Shown: positions 38,133-47,499, counted from the stretch's first letter. The stretch: DNA of 48,893 nt from Fidelibacterota bacterium (GCA_018672235.1 JABHGE010000026.1:1-48893); one strand, 5' to 3'. The notes: generated by a model from the sequence alone, not told the origin. Numbers and translations: made by a program.

Positions 38133-40349
38133 ATGCATTTCTTACTACTTATATTGCTATTAAATCTGGGTATTTCTCAAGAGAAAACAATTGAATTAGA
38201 GGACGTCTTTAATGGAACCTTTAGCTCATCAGGGATTGGAAGATTTGATTGGATAAATGGAGAAGATGCTTATTATTTTTCTCAATCTGATTCAGATGGA
38301 AAGCATTTTTATAAGTATAATATAGCTTCAGATGATACTACAAAAGCTTTTTCAATCGATTCTGAAGTAATAGATCAATTTAGTTCAACCTTCAGTTCAG
38401 ATCAGACAAAGCTATTACTAAAAACTAATAATGTTAAAATATGGAGACATTCATCTTACGGGACTTATCATGTATATGACATTAACAGCAATAGTATTCA
38501 ACCAGTTTCTGATGAACCAGATAGCTTGCGTAATGTAAAATTTTCTCCTAACAGTGAGCATGTATCTTATATAAGAAATGACAACAATATTTATATATAT
38601 TCATTAAGCAGTCTCGAAGAAACTCAGGTAACCTTTGATGGAAGTGAAACAATTTTAAATGGACATTTTGGTTGGGTTTATGAAGAAGAGTTTGGTAGTT
38701 ATGATGCCTATCGATGGAGTCCAAATAGTCAGTATATAGCTTTTTGTAGAGAAGATCAGTCTATGGTAAGAAAATATCCACTTATTGACTATGAGACCAA
38801 ATATCCTACAGTGAAATATATATATTATCCTAAGGCAGGAGAAGATAATCCTGAAGTTTCCATTGGCTTGATAGACATTGTAAATCAACAATCTGATATC
38901 CGCACCTTACCAAAAGATTCCTATTATATTCCAAATATACTATGGCAAAGGAATAGTAATAATTTCTTTGTTACTACATTAAATAGAAAACAAAATGATT
39001 GGAAATTATATAGACATGATATTGATACCAATCAGAATACTTTAGTTTTAAATGATAAAAATGATACTTGGATTGATGCATTTGATTTCTTTGGAATGTC
39101 AGGTGTTTTCAGTATTGATATACTGAATAATGGAGAGATTATTTGGATGTCTGAGCGTGATGGATTTAAACATATCTATAGAAGCCGTACAGATGGAAAG
39201 TTTATCAATCAAATTACCAGAGGTAAATGGAAGGTAAATGGAATCAATGCTATTGATGAAGAAAATGAGATCATCTATTTCAATGCAAAAAAAGAATCTG
39301 AGATGGAAAACCATGTTTATTCTGTCAGATTTAATGGTTCTAGGCTAAAAAGACTTACAAAAGAAGAAGGGAGTCATTCCGCTTCTTTTTCTCCAACAAA
39401 AAATTATTTTATTGATACCCATTCTAGTTTTACGAGAACTCCTAAAACTGTCTTAAGATCAAATTCTGGTGCAATTAAACGAATGTTAGCAAGTACAGAC
39501 AGGAGTAAATTTGATGATTATGGATTTACATATCCTAAGCATGTAAACGTATTTACTGATGACGGTACTAGATTGAATGGTATTATTACGTTACCCCACA
39601 ATTTTGATTCTATGAATCAATATCCAGTTATTTTGTATAATTATGGAGGACCTGGATCTCAAATGGTAAACAATAGATGGGGAGTTGGAAGGCATTCTTT
39701 TCACCAATATTTTGCACAAAGAGGATTTATCATTTTTTCATTTGACAATAGAGGTACCGGAGGCAGAGGGAAAGCTTTTAAAGACCTTGCTTATGGGGAC
39801 TATGGAAAATATCTTGTTATTGACCATATTGCTGCAGCTAAATACTTACAAAGCCTAACCTATGTCGATGGAGATAATATTGGAGTATGGGGATGGAGTG
39901 GTGGAGGTTATTTGACGAATATGTGCATGACTTTAGGTAGTGATTATTTTAAAGCAGGTGTATCTGGTGCTCCAAACGTAGATCCATTATTATATGATAC
40001 AATTTGGACAGAAAGATATATGGGTCTTGTTGATGAAAATCCTGAAGGATACAAGAATGCATCAGTTTTAACCCACGTAGACAAAGCAAAAGGTTTTTTA
40101 CTTCAAATTCATGGTAATGCAGATGACAATGTACATCATCAACATTCCCTTCAATTAGCTAAAGCATATGCAGAAAAAGGCAAGCATATGGAAATGTTTA
40201 TATATCCTAATGCTCATCATGGCTTAGGTAATAATAATTTTCTGACATCCGAAGAGACAAAAATTGATGGTTGGGCAAATTACAATCATGCATATAGAAA
40301 GATAATTAGTTTTTTAATGGAGCATTTATCTAATAAAAATCAAGAATAA
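38133..40349 (+). CDS. Dipeptidyl peptidase IV family (S9B) peptidase
   Basis: Signal peptide; IWRHS, WVYEEE, YPKAG, YGGPGSQ, GWSGGG nucleophile, HGNADDNVH, YPNAHH. Confidence 0.95.
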   Translation: MHFLLLILLLNLGISQEKTIELEDVFNGTFSSSGIGRFDWINGEDAYYFSQSDSDGKHFYKYNIASDDTTKAFSIDSEVIDQFSSTFSSDQTKLLLKTNNVKIWRHSSYGTYHVYDINSNSIQPVSDEPDSLRNVKFSPNSEHVSYIRNDNNIYIYSLSSLEETQVTFDGSETILNGHFGWVYEEEFGSYDAYRWSPNSQYIAFCREDQSMVRKYPLIDYETKYPTVKYIYYPKAGEDNPEVSIGLIDIVNQQSDIRTLPKDSYYIPNILWQRNSNNFFVTTLNRKQNDWKLYRHDIDTNQNTLVLNDKNDTWIDAFDFFGMSGVFSIDILNNGEIIWMSERDGFKHIYRSRTDGKFINQITRGKWKVNGINAIDEENEIIYFNAKKESEMENHVYSVRFNGSRLKRLTKEEGSHSASFSPTKNYFIDTHSSFTRTPKTVLRSNSGAIKRMLASTDRSKFDDYGFTYPKHVNVFTDDGTRLNGIITLPHNFDSMNQYPVILYNYGGPGSQMVNNRWGVGRHSFHQYFAQRGFIIFSFDNRGTGGRGKAFKDLAYGDYGKYLVIDHIAAAKYLQSLTYVDGDNIGVWGWSGGGYLTNMCMTLGSDYFKAGVSGAPNVDPLLYDTIWTERYMGLVDENPEGYKNASVLTHVDKAKGFLLQIHGNADDNVHHQHSLQLAKAYAEKGKHMEMFIYPNAHHGLGNNNFLTSEETKIDGWANYNHAYRKIISFLMEHLSNKNQE

Positions 40350-40350
40350 A

Positions 40351-41973
40351 CTAAGATAAAGATTGATTTTTTTGAAGATCTTTTTTTTCAGCTTTTAGTG
40401 CAATCTTTTGAAACTTTCTCATAGAATCTTTATGCTCTTTTGTAATCTCAATTAATTCATTGGCCCAAGCTATATCAGCATTTCCCACTAATTCATCTAG
40501 TCTATCAATAGTATTAGTAAACATTTTTGGAAGGAATGATGGGGTAGGAGATCCACCGGTACCTTTAGCTTTTGTTTGATGTCTATATGGGTCAGGTGCT
40601 CTTAGAATATACCCAACTACCATCTTATAATGATCTATGCGATGTTGAATAATCCATCGAACAGAACTCGCAAGACTCTTCTTTAAGTTTTTATTTGATT
40701 CAATGGTATCGAAGTAGGAAGAATTTTGTAGTTTTTCGCGAGTTTTTACAATCATTGCGTGATGAGCGGGAGGTCTATATCCTACCCTAAATGATTTAAG
40801 AAGTTTTGTAAGTGAATCAATCTGACAATCATCAGGTAGGTCTTTATCTGCTATAAATCCTTTGCTTAGAATATTTTCGATAATACAAGCATCTACTTCA
40901 CTATCACATACATATGCTTGTGTATGTTTACCTACTCCTGTTATTTCGTCTGCAATAGGGTGATAGGAACTATTAGCACCTGTTTGTCCGTGAAGTCGTG
41001 TAATGTAGCGACCTTCCATGTTATATTTTTTACTATAAGTATCACCGCATCCTTGAAAAAATAATCCCTCATTATCATAGATGCTTCCCTGATTTCCATA
41101 GAGTCCTTGAATAAAAATACGCACTTCTTTATTGTAGAGTAGCGGTTCGCTGACTTTCCACATAGCATTAAAGAGCTGATTGGATTGCTTCAAAGCAAGT
41201 TCTATCTTTTCGAGATTTTCAGCTATGTTATTGCCATCGATAGCATCCAATGAATTCTGAATCATCATTTTTGATGTACGCTCCATTGCAAGATGCGTCA
41301 TTCTAAATCCTTGTTCATTTCCATCAAAATCATGGAATGAGACTACGGGCTTAATTGATCTTATATAATCAATAGTATCTTTCATGTTATCTAAATTATC
41401 TAAACTGTAATCTGGTAATATTCCTGATCGTAGTACATAATCTGCGGCATATTCAAATTCAGCTTGCTGACCTGTAATTCTTGAGGATAAAAGTAATAAT
41501 CCAGATAAGGGCCAAGGAATAAAAGAACATGCTTTTTTCCCTCCATTAAAGATTGGTTCAATTTTAATACCATTCGCCAACCAGGAAGTCCAGCACCTTA
41601 TATCTGCAATAAGTTGAGCAGATTCTCTGGTAGGCATTTCAATATGCTTTTTAATATGCGCTATAAAATGATCTATTAAGCTATGATCTAATAGCATGAC
41701 TTCACTTAATAGTTGCTTTTTTCCAATAAGGCCAATTTTTCCGTGATTGTGTACTGCCATCTCACTGGCAAGGTCGCTAATACTAGAAAAAGGGTGCGGT
41801 AAGGGTTGTAGAGTGCTATAAGGTAATGTAGAATTAGGCTGCCAAATTAATTCAGACGTTTTTTGAATCATAGACGCATCAAATTTTAGATTAAAGCACG
41901 TTTCAGTAAAGTCGATTCCTTTGCCTAGGTAGGGAAAATCCTTATCAATTTTAATAGTAATATTTTGCTTCAT
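40351..41973 (-). CDS. Indoleamine 2,3-dioxygenase family heme protein
   Basis: Ordered motifs EQGFRMTHLAME, VRIFIQG, GQTGANSS, YRPPAH, RIDHYKMVVGYIL, AKGTGGSP..SFL parallel IDO1 motifs GFFLVS, LRIYLSG, GGSAGQSS, YMPPAH, RSYHLQIVTKYIL, AKGTGGT..NFL (reference motifs recalled from memory). Confidence 0.8.
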   Translation of the reverse strand: MKQNITIKIDKDFPYLGKGIDFTETCFNLKFDASMIQKTSELIWQPNSTLPYSTLQPLPHPFSSISDLASEMAVHNHGKIGLIGKKQLLSEVMLLDHSLIDHFIAHIKKHIEMPTRESAQLIADIRCWTSWLANGIKIEPIFNGGKKACSFIPWPLSGLLLLSSRITGQQAEFEYAADYVLRSGILPDYSLDNLDNMKDTIDYIRSIKPVVSFHDFDGNEQGFRMTHLAMERTSKMMIQNSLDAIDGNNIAENLEKIELALKQSNQLFNAMWKVSEPLLYNKEVRIFIQGLYGNQGSIYDNEGLFFQGCGDTYSKKYNMEGRYITRLHGQTGANSSYHPIADEITGVGKHTQAYVCDSEVDACIIENILSKGFIADKDLPDDCQIDSLTKLLKSFRVGYRPPAHHAMIVKTREKLQNSSYFDTIESNKNLKKSLASSVRWIIQHRIDHYKMVVGYILRAPDPYRHQTKAKGTGGSPTPSFLPKMFTNTIDRLDELVGNADIAWANELIEITKEHKDSMRKFQKIALKAEKKDLQKNQSLS

Positions 41974-41978
41974 ATTAT

Positions 41979-42596
41979 TTATAATATATTATCAATGTAA
42001 TTAATAACAGATTGATCATCCCATTTGGCAGATCCCACATCTTTTACTAAAATTTCACCCGAACTATCAACTATGAAGGTAGTTGGAATACCGCGCGTGC
42101 TAAATAATTCATCGTCAGTAATTATTTTATATAATGGTAATTTTGCTAAAGCTTCATCTTTTGGTATATAATCGATAATAGTGTCTCTGCTTTCTTTAGA
42201 TAAATACAGAAAAACAATATCTTCATTATCTTTATACTGCTCATATAATTTGACCATTGATGGCATTTCTGCTAAGCAAGGATTGCACCAAGTTGCCCAG
42301 TAATTGATAAACAATGTTTTGCCTTTAAAATCACGTAAAGAGAACTCAGATCCTTCTAAATCTTCGAATTGTAATAGGTTGAAATCAAAATCAACTACAG
42401 TAGTAGTCATCTCTTCTAGGGTTGGCGCTTTTAGCTCTGGCGCTTCCATGAGTTCTTTAACATAAGAAATAGCTACTGATTTATAGTGTCCTTTCCATTT
42501 TTCAAGTTCTTGATTGAGATTGTATTGTTCATAAGATAAATAAGAGAGAGTAATAACCATTAATACTATAATTATGTATAAGTTCTTTTTGCTCAT
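41979..42596 (-). CDS. TlpA/ResA family membrane-anchored thiol-disulfide oxidoreductase
   Basis: N-terminal TM; KGKTLFINYWATWCNPCLAEMP; GIPTTFIVD. Confidence 0.93.
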   Translation of the reverse strand: MSKKNLYIIIVLMVITLSYLSYEQYNLNQELEKWKGHYKSVAISYVKELMEAPELKAPTLEEMTTTVVDFDFNLLQFEDLEGSEFSLRDFKGKTLFINYWATWCNPCLAEMPSMVKLYEQYKDNEDIVFLYLSKESRDTIIDYIPKDEALAKLPLYKIITDDELFSTRGIPTTFIVDSSGEILVKDVGSAKWDDQSVINYIDNIL

Positions 42597-42661
42597 GGTT
42601 ACTGATAATATTGTAGTTTATTCTAAAAAACTAGTTAAATTTGTTAAAATAACTTCTCAAT

Positions 42662-42865
42662 ATGGAAAAAATAGGATATATATTAATTACAACTTTTTAT
42701 CTTCTCGTTTCATATCTAACCTTACAAAATATAGAACAATTTTATCCTGACGGCTTATTAGTTCTACTAATCTATAGTGGTGTATTTATGTTATTTTTGA
42801 AGGTATTAAAGGAAAGATTAAACAATAAAGAAGATGATTATTATTCTAAGGAGATAAATAAATGA
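42662..42865 (+). CDS. Small hypothetical membrane protein (2 TM)
   Basis: Two hydrophobic segments, C-terminal KERL..KEDDYYSK; overlaps the next gene by ATGA. Confidence 0.65.
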   Translation: MEKIGYILITTFYLLVSYLTLQNIEQFYPDGLLVLLIYSGVFMLFLKVLKERLNNKEDDYYSKEINK

Positions 42866-43176
42866 TTGTTGTTACTCAAGAAAGTATAGCCCATAGATCT
42901 ATTGCCAAAACATTAGGAACTGTTCATGGACAGTCTATAAGAGCAAGACATATTGGAAAAGATATTCTTGCTGGATTAAGGAATGTTGTTGGTGGAGAGA
43001 TTACAGAATATTCTAAGCTAATGGCAGAGTCCAGACAGCAGGCAATGGATCGCATGATTGCCAACGCAGAAGAGCAAGGAGCTGATGCCATTGTAGCGGT
43101 ACGATTTACAACATCAATGTTGCAGCAAGGTGCTTCTGAAATTTTTATCTATGGGACGGCTGTAAAGTTAAGCTAA
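42862..43176 (+). CDS. YbjQ/UPF0145 family protein
   Basis: GKDILAGLRNVVGGEITEY, ESRQQAMDRM, GADAIVAVRF, YGTAVKL. Confidence 0.95.
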   Translation: MIVVTQESIAHRSIAKTLGTVHGQSIRARHIGKDILAGLRNVVGGEITEYSKLMAESRQQAMDRMIANAEEQGADAIVAVRFTTSMLQQGASEIFIYGTAVKLS

Positions 43177-43490
43177 TGCATACTATCCCTAAAAATGTCG
43201 CAAATTGTTTTGCAGTTATTTTTTCTTATGAATTAAGTGATAATTTGGATGGATACTCTTCTATGGATCAAGATACAATCGATGCAGTGCAATTTATCGA
43301 TGGTTATTTGGGATATGAAAAATTTGGTGATGGCATCAGCAATGTATTTATTTCATATTGGAAAGATATGAATAGTGTTAATCTTTGGAAAAAAAATTTA
43401 CTACATATTCAGGCTAAAAAAAAAGGCCCGACTTGGTATAAAAATTATCGAGTTCAAATTACAGAAATACACCAAGATATCAATCACTAG
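43176..43490 (+). CDS. Antibiotic biosynthesis monooxygenase (ABM) family protein
   Basis: FAVIF, DGYLGYE, ISYWKD....WK.N..H..AK.KG..WY..Y.VQI. Confidence 0.82.
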   Translation: MHTIPKNVANCFAVIFSYELSDNLDGYSSMDQDTIDAVQFIDGYLGYEKFGDGISNVFISYWKDMNSVNLWKKNLLHIQAKKKGPTWYKNYRVQITEIHQDINH

Positions 43491-43494
43491 ACAT

Positions 43495-43989
43495 ATGGAT
43501 CATAAAATATTTAAAGTTAATCATCTTCATTTTTATTTTAAGATATCTTATATAAATAATACCTTACATGAATTAACTTTTTCTGATAGAAAAAATGATT
43601 TAATTAACCCACAATTATCATTAAAAATAAATGAAGGTAAACCCTCTAAATTTGCAAAAGATATACAAAATCAATTAGATCGTTATTTTAGGGGGAAATT
43701 AAAAAAGTTTGATATTCCATTGAATGTCAATGGCAGTGATTTTACAAAAAGCGTCTTAAAGGAGATTGGTAAGATTCCCTATGGTAAAACAAAGAGCTAT
43801 AAAGAAGTAGCAGAAAAGATTAAGAAGCCAAAAGCTGCGCGAGCAGTTGGAAGAGCTAGTGGCGCTAATCGCATTCCTATTATCATTCCTTGTCATAGAG
43901 TGGTAGGTAGTAGCGGGGAATTAGTTGGATATAGCGGAGGCGGAGGTCTTTTATTTAAATCTTATTTACAACTATTGGAGAAAAAATGA
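43495..43989 (+). CDS. ogt: Methylated-DNA--protein-cysteine methyltransferase
   Basis: IPYGKTKSY, AARAVGRA, IIIPCHRVVG, GYSGG; start set at ATG 43495, just after the ABM stop. Confidence 0.93.
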   Translation: MDHKIFKVNHLHFYFKISYINNTLHELTFSDRKNDLINPQLSLKINEGKPSKFAKDIQNQLDRYFRGKLKKFDIPLNVNGSDFTKSVLKEIGKIPYGKTKSYKEVAEKIKKPKAARAVGRASGANRIPIIIPCHRVVGSSGELVGYSGGGGLLFKSYLQLLEKK

Positions 43990-44984
43990 AAAAAATGATT
44001 GGTGTTATTGCTATAATATGTAGTTCTTTTTTATTTGCACAAGATCTTGCATGGAATCAAGAAATTGTCACCTTTAAAAGTGCAAATCCATTTTCTTTTG
44101 AAGGGATTATTACCGATTTAGATAATCAACCTATTCAAGAAGTTTCGGGCATATTGACCCTTCCTGAAAACTTTGATTCGAGCAAGAAATATCCTTTAAT
44201 TATAGGAGTAGCGGGAAGCCTGAATTGGTCGCAACATCACTTGGATTACTTAGGAATGTATCAAGAAATGGGAATAGCCACTTTTCAATTACAAAGCTTT
44301 GATAGTCGTGACGTACAATCGACCGTAGGTACACAAGTAGAAGTAACAACTGCAATGGTGATTTTAGATAGTTATCGTGCTTTAGAGACACTTAGTATCC
44401 ATCCTAATATCGATATAGATCATGTAGGAATTACAGGGTGGAGTCTTGGAGGAGGAGTATCTCTATATTCTGCCTGGCTACCGCTTATTGATGCGATTAA
44501 TAATAGAGAGTTTATGTTTGCGGCACATTTACCTATTTATCCACCATGTCTAAGTTATCCGTATCCTGCTTCGAATATGCAATTTAGCGCGGCTCCTATC
44601 CATATTCTTATTGGAGAATTAGATAGTTGGGTTCCAGCTGTAGCGTGTACAGAATTGCTAGAAAAAATGGAATATAGTGGGCTTCCAGTGAATATCGATA
44701 TGACAATCTATGATAATGCACACCATTCATTTGATAAGAGAGATACAGAGATTTCAGTAGTAGAGAATGGATATAGCTTAGGAGACTGTCGCTTTCCAAT
44801 GAACGAAGAAGGGTCATTATTATTAAGTGAATATTGGAAGATTCCTATTAATACACCTTTAAGACAAAAATTAGCATTGATGACATGTGCAGGTAGAGGG
44901 CCTAGTATGGGAGGAAATACTGAAGCACGTGAAGCATCTTTCAAATTTTCGGCAGAATTTTTTACTAAACATCTGCAAGAATAA
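43986..44984 (+). CDS. Exported dienelactone hydrolase-family alpha/beta hydrolase
   Basis: Signal peptide; GWSLGG nucleophile elbow, GELDSW, AHHSFD. Confidence 0.85.
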   Translation: MKKMIGVIAIICSSFLFAQDLAWNQEIVTFKSANPFSFEGIITDLDNQPIQEVSGILTLPENFDSSKKYPLIIGVAGSLNWSQHHLDYLGMYQEMGIATFQLQSFDSRDVQSTVGTQVEVTTAMVILDSYRALETLSIHPNIDIDHVGITGWSLGGGVSLYSAWLPLIDAINNREFMFAAHLPIYPPCLSYPYPASNMQFSAAPIHILIGELDSWVPAVACTELLEKMEYSGLPVNIDMTIYDNAHHSFDKRDTEISVVENGYSLGDCRFPMNEEGSLLLSEYWKIPINTPLRQKLALMTCAGRGPSMGGNTEAREASFKFSAEFFTKHLQE

Positions 44985-44999
44985 TATTTAAGTTCTTAC

Positions 45000-47399
45000 A
45001 TGGGGAAACAATCTAAAACATTCATTTTATTATTTCTTGTTACTAGTTTTATTGTTTTTTTAATCAACTCGTTCTTAAAGCCTGCTGATATTCCCTATGA
45101 AGGAGAAATTTCTAGTTTAAATGTTCAAGATACTGTTGAAGTGTATTTCGACGACTATGGAGTACCAAGTATTTTTGCTTCCAATGATGCCGACATGTTC
45201 AAAGTTGCTGGTTATATAGGAGCAAGAGATCGACTATTCCAAATGGCATTTATGAAATATGCATATAAGGGCGAACTAAGCTTAGTGCTCAATGATACAT
45301 TGTTTGCAGAAGATAAATTTTTACGTACACTTGGATTTGAAAAAATTGCTAAAAAGAGTCTATCAAAAATTCCAACTGAAACACTACAACATCTCGAGGA
45401 TACATGTTACGGTATTAATGCTTATATAGAGACCTTGTCTCCCTCAGACTATCCATTAGAGTTTAAACTGTTAGGCATCGAAGAATTACCAACTTTTGAG
45501 CCATTAGATATAGTTGCTTTATCTACAATGATGGCATGGGAATTGCAGGGCGGATGGGATTCAGAATTATTTTTTGGTGCGATTAGCGAACAATTAGGAC
45601 CGGATTATTTAAATGATATATTACCATCTTACAATGAAAACTTTATTACCATTGCTTCAAATGATGTCTTGCTCAAGAGTTATCAAGATTTTGCAAGCGA
45701 TACCAAAAGAATTAGAGATGTTCTTAAAACAGACAGAGATGGTTATGGATCAAATGCATGGGTAGTTTCAGGAAGTAAAACAGAGACAGGGCTTCCACTT
45801 TTAGCAAATGATCCTCATTTAAGCTATGGACAGCCTCCTTGGTGGTATGAAATTAGATTAAAGAGTGATAATTACAACTTTGGAGGGTATGGTCTTTATG
45901 GATTTCCATTACCTGTGATAGGCCATAATGACCACATTGGTTGGGGTTTTACTAATGTAATGACCGATGACATGGATTTTTATATTGAAACACTCAATGA
46001 TGACAATACGCAGTATTTATTGGATGGAGAATGGAAAGATTTAGAAATTGAAGAAGAAGTAATACATTTAAAGTCTGGGAACACAAGAACTGTTACGATT
46101 AGATCAACCCATAGAGGTCCTATTGTTAGTGATATTCATCCTGATGCGAGAGGAAAAGGGAAGGCAATATCTTTTAAATGGACAGAGTTCGATGCATTTG
46201 ATGAAACGACTGCATTGTTTAAGCTAGCCAAGGCAACCAATTGGGATGAATTTTCAGAAGCATCGAAGCTGTTTGGAGCACCTGGACAAAATTGGACTTA
46301 TGCAGATAAAAATGGCAATATTGGATGGAGACCTAACTCTAAAGTTCCCATCCGATTAGGCGGAGAACATTTAGTGCCTTTTGATGGGAGCACGAGCAAG
46401 CATGACTGGACAGGATATGTTCCTTTTGATGAAATGCCATATTTATATAATCCTGAAAAAGGATACATATCAAATGGGAATAATAAGACTATTGACGAGG
46501 ATTATCCTTATTACATTTCTCGATATTGGGCAGATCCTAGTAGAGGAGAACAAATTGACAGAAGATTAAGAATTGATGACAAATTAGGAGTAGGAGATAT
46601 GAAATCTATTCTGAATGAAATTACCTCTCCATTTGCTCAAGAATACTCAAAATTATTCTATGAAAATTATACACAAGGTTTCTCTGTTAAAGGGGATGAA
46701 ATGTATGATATTTTAAACGGATGGGATGGAATTGAATCGTTAGATTCACATGCTGCAGTAGTTTTTCACACTATTTATATTCATCTAATACAAAACTTAT
46801 TTCAGGATGAATTACAAAGTTTTGGGAAAGATTCTTTTGATACGTTTTATAGCTTAAAATATATCCGTTCATTAGCTATTCGAAGTATTTTTGATGGAGA
46901 GGCATCGTTATGGATAGATAATGTACTATCAGACAAAAAAGAAACATTAAATGATATCGTTAATCAATCTTTTGATGACGCACATGATTTCCTCACTAAA
47001 AATTATGGCAATCCTAGAGAGTTGACATGGGGTCAGGTGCATCAAGTAACTTATCGTCATCGATTAGATGGAGATCCACTTGTGAAGAAATTAATTCATT
47101 TTAGTATTGGTCCTTTTCCAATGTCTGGATCTGGAATGACACCAAGAGCTGCTAGTTATTCAGTTAGTAGTCCATTTGATGTCAGAGCAGGATCTTCTAT
47201 GAGAAGAGTCATCGACTTTTCTAATTTTGATAATGGACTAAGCATTCTTCCAACGGGTCAATCTGGTGTATTCAAATCACCGCATTATAGCGATCAAACT
47301 TCTCTCTATAATAAGGGAGAGTTTAAGCCATTTAAATTCTCAGAAACTGCTATTAAAGAAGATAAAAAAATGCGAAAGCTTATCTTCTTAAATAAATAA
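45000..47399 (+). CDS. Penicillin acylase family (S45 Ntn-hydrolase)
   Basis: DDYGVPSIFA, ARDRLFQM, GSNAWVVSG (Ntn Ser), LLANDPHL, WGFTN, PTGQSG...SPHY.DQ. Confidence 0.95.
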   Translation: MGKQSKTFILLFLVTSFIVFLINSFLKPADIPYEGEISSLNVQDTVEVYFDDYGVPSIFASNDADMFKVAGYIGARDRLFQMAFMKYAYKGELSLVLNDTLFAEDKFLRTLGFEKIAKKSLSKIPTETLQHLEDTCYGINAYIETLSPSDYPLEFKLLGIEELPTFEPLDIVALSTMMAWELQGGWDSELFFGAISEQLGPDYLNDILPSYNENFITIASNDVLLKSYQDFASDTKRIRDVLKTDRDGYGSNAWVVSGSKTETGLPLLANDPHLSYGQPPWWYEIRLKSDNYNFGGYGLYGFPLPVIGHNDHIGWGFTNVMTDDMDFYIETLNDDNTQYLLDGEWKDLEIEEEVIHLKSGNTRTVTIRSTHRGPIVSDIHPDARGKGKAISFKWTEFDAFDETTALFKLAKATNWDEFSEASKLFGAPGQNWTYADKNGNIGWRPNSKVPIRLGGEHLVPFDGSTSKHDWTGYVPFDEMPYLYNPEKGYISNGNNKTIDEDYPYYISRYWADPSRGEQIDRRLRIDDKLGVGDMKSILNEITSPFAQEYSKLFYENYTQGFSVKGDEMYDILNGWDGIESLDSHAAVVFHTIYIHLIQNLFQDELQSFGKDSFDTFYSLKYIRSLAIRSIFDGEASLWIDNVLSDKKETLNDIVNQSFDDAHDFLTKNYGNPRELTWGQVHQVTYRHRLDGDPLVKKLIHFSIGPFPMSGSGMTPRAASYSVSSPFDVRAGSSMRRVIDFSNFDNGLSILPTGQSGVFKSPHYSDQTSLYNKGEFKPFKFSETAIKEDKKMRKLIFLNK

Positions 47400-47405
47400 T
47401 TTATC

Positions 47406-47435
47406 TTGCTAAGCCTATTAACTCATGTTTAAACT
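47406..47435 (+). promoter_or_regulatory. Putative sigma-70 promoter of the aromatic biosynthesis leader
   Basis: TTGCTA (47406-47411), 18 nt, TAAACT (47430-47435); the leader ATG begins after a 7-nt spacer. Confidence 0.5.
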
Positions 47436-47442
47436 CTATCAA

Positions 47443-47499
47443 ATGAAGAACTTTTTCGACTATTATTATTTTAGAAGCAGGGGGACTGTAGAGGCCTAA
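47443..47499 (+). CDS. Phe/Tyr-rich attenuation leader peptide MKNFFDYYYFRSRGTVEA
   Basis: ATG AAG AAC TTT TTC GAC TAT TAT TAT TTT ... TAA: 3 Phe and 3 Tyr within 7 codons, upstream of a terminator and of the chorismate mutase/DAHP synthase genes. Confidence 0.85.
   Translation: MKNFFDYYYFRSRGTVEA

Noticed and set aside
43375..43494. N-terminal extension of Ogt
   Set aside because: Overlaps the ABM gene by more than 100 nt; ATG 43495 after the ABM stop gives a normal-length protein.
43986..44984. Alpha/beta hydrolase as kynurenine formamidase partner of the IDO-like enzyme
   Set aside because: It has a signal peptide and dienelactone-hydrolase-type motifs and lacks the HGG motif of eukaryotic formamidase.
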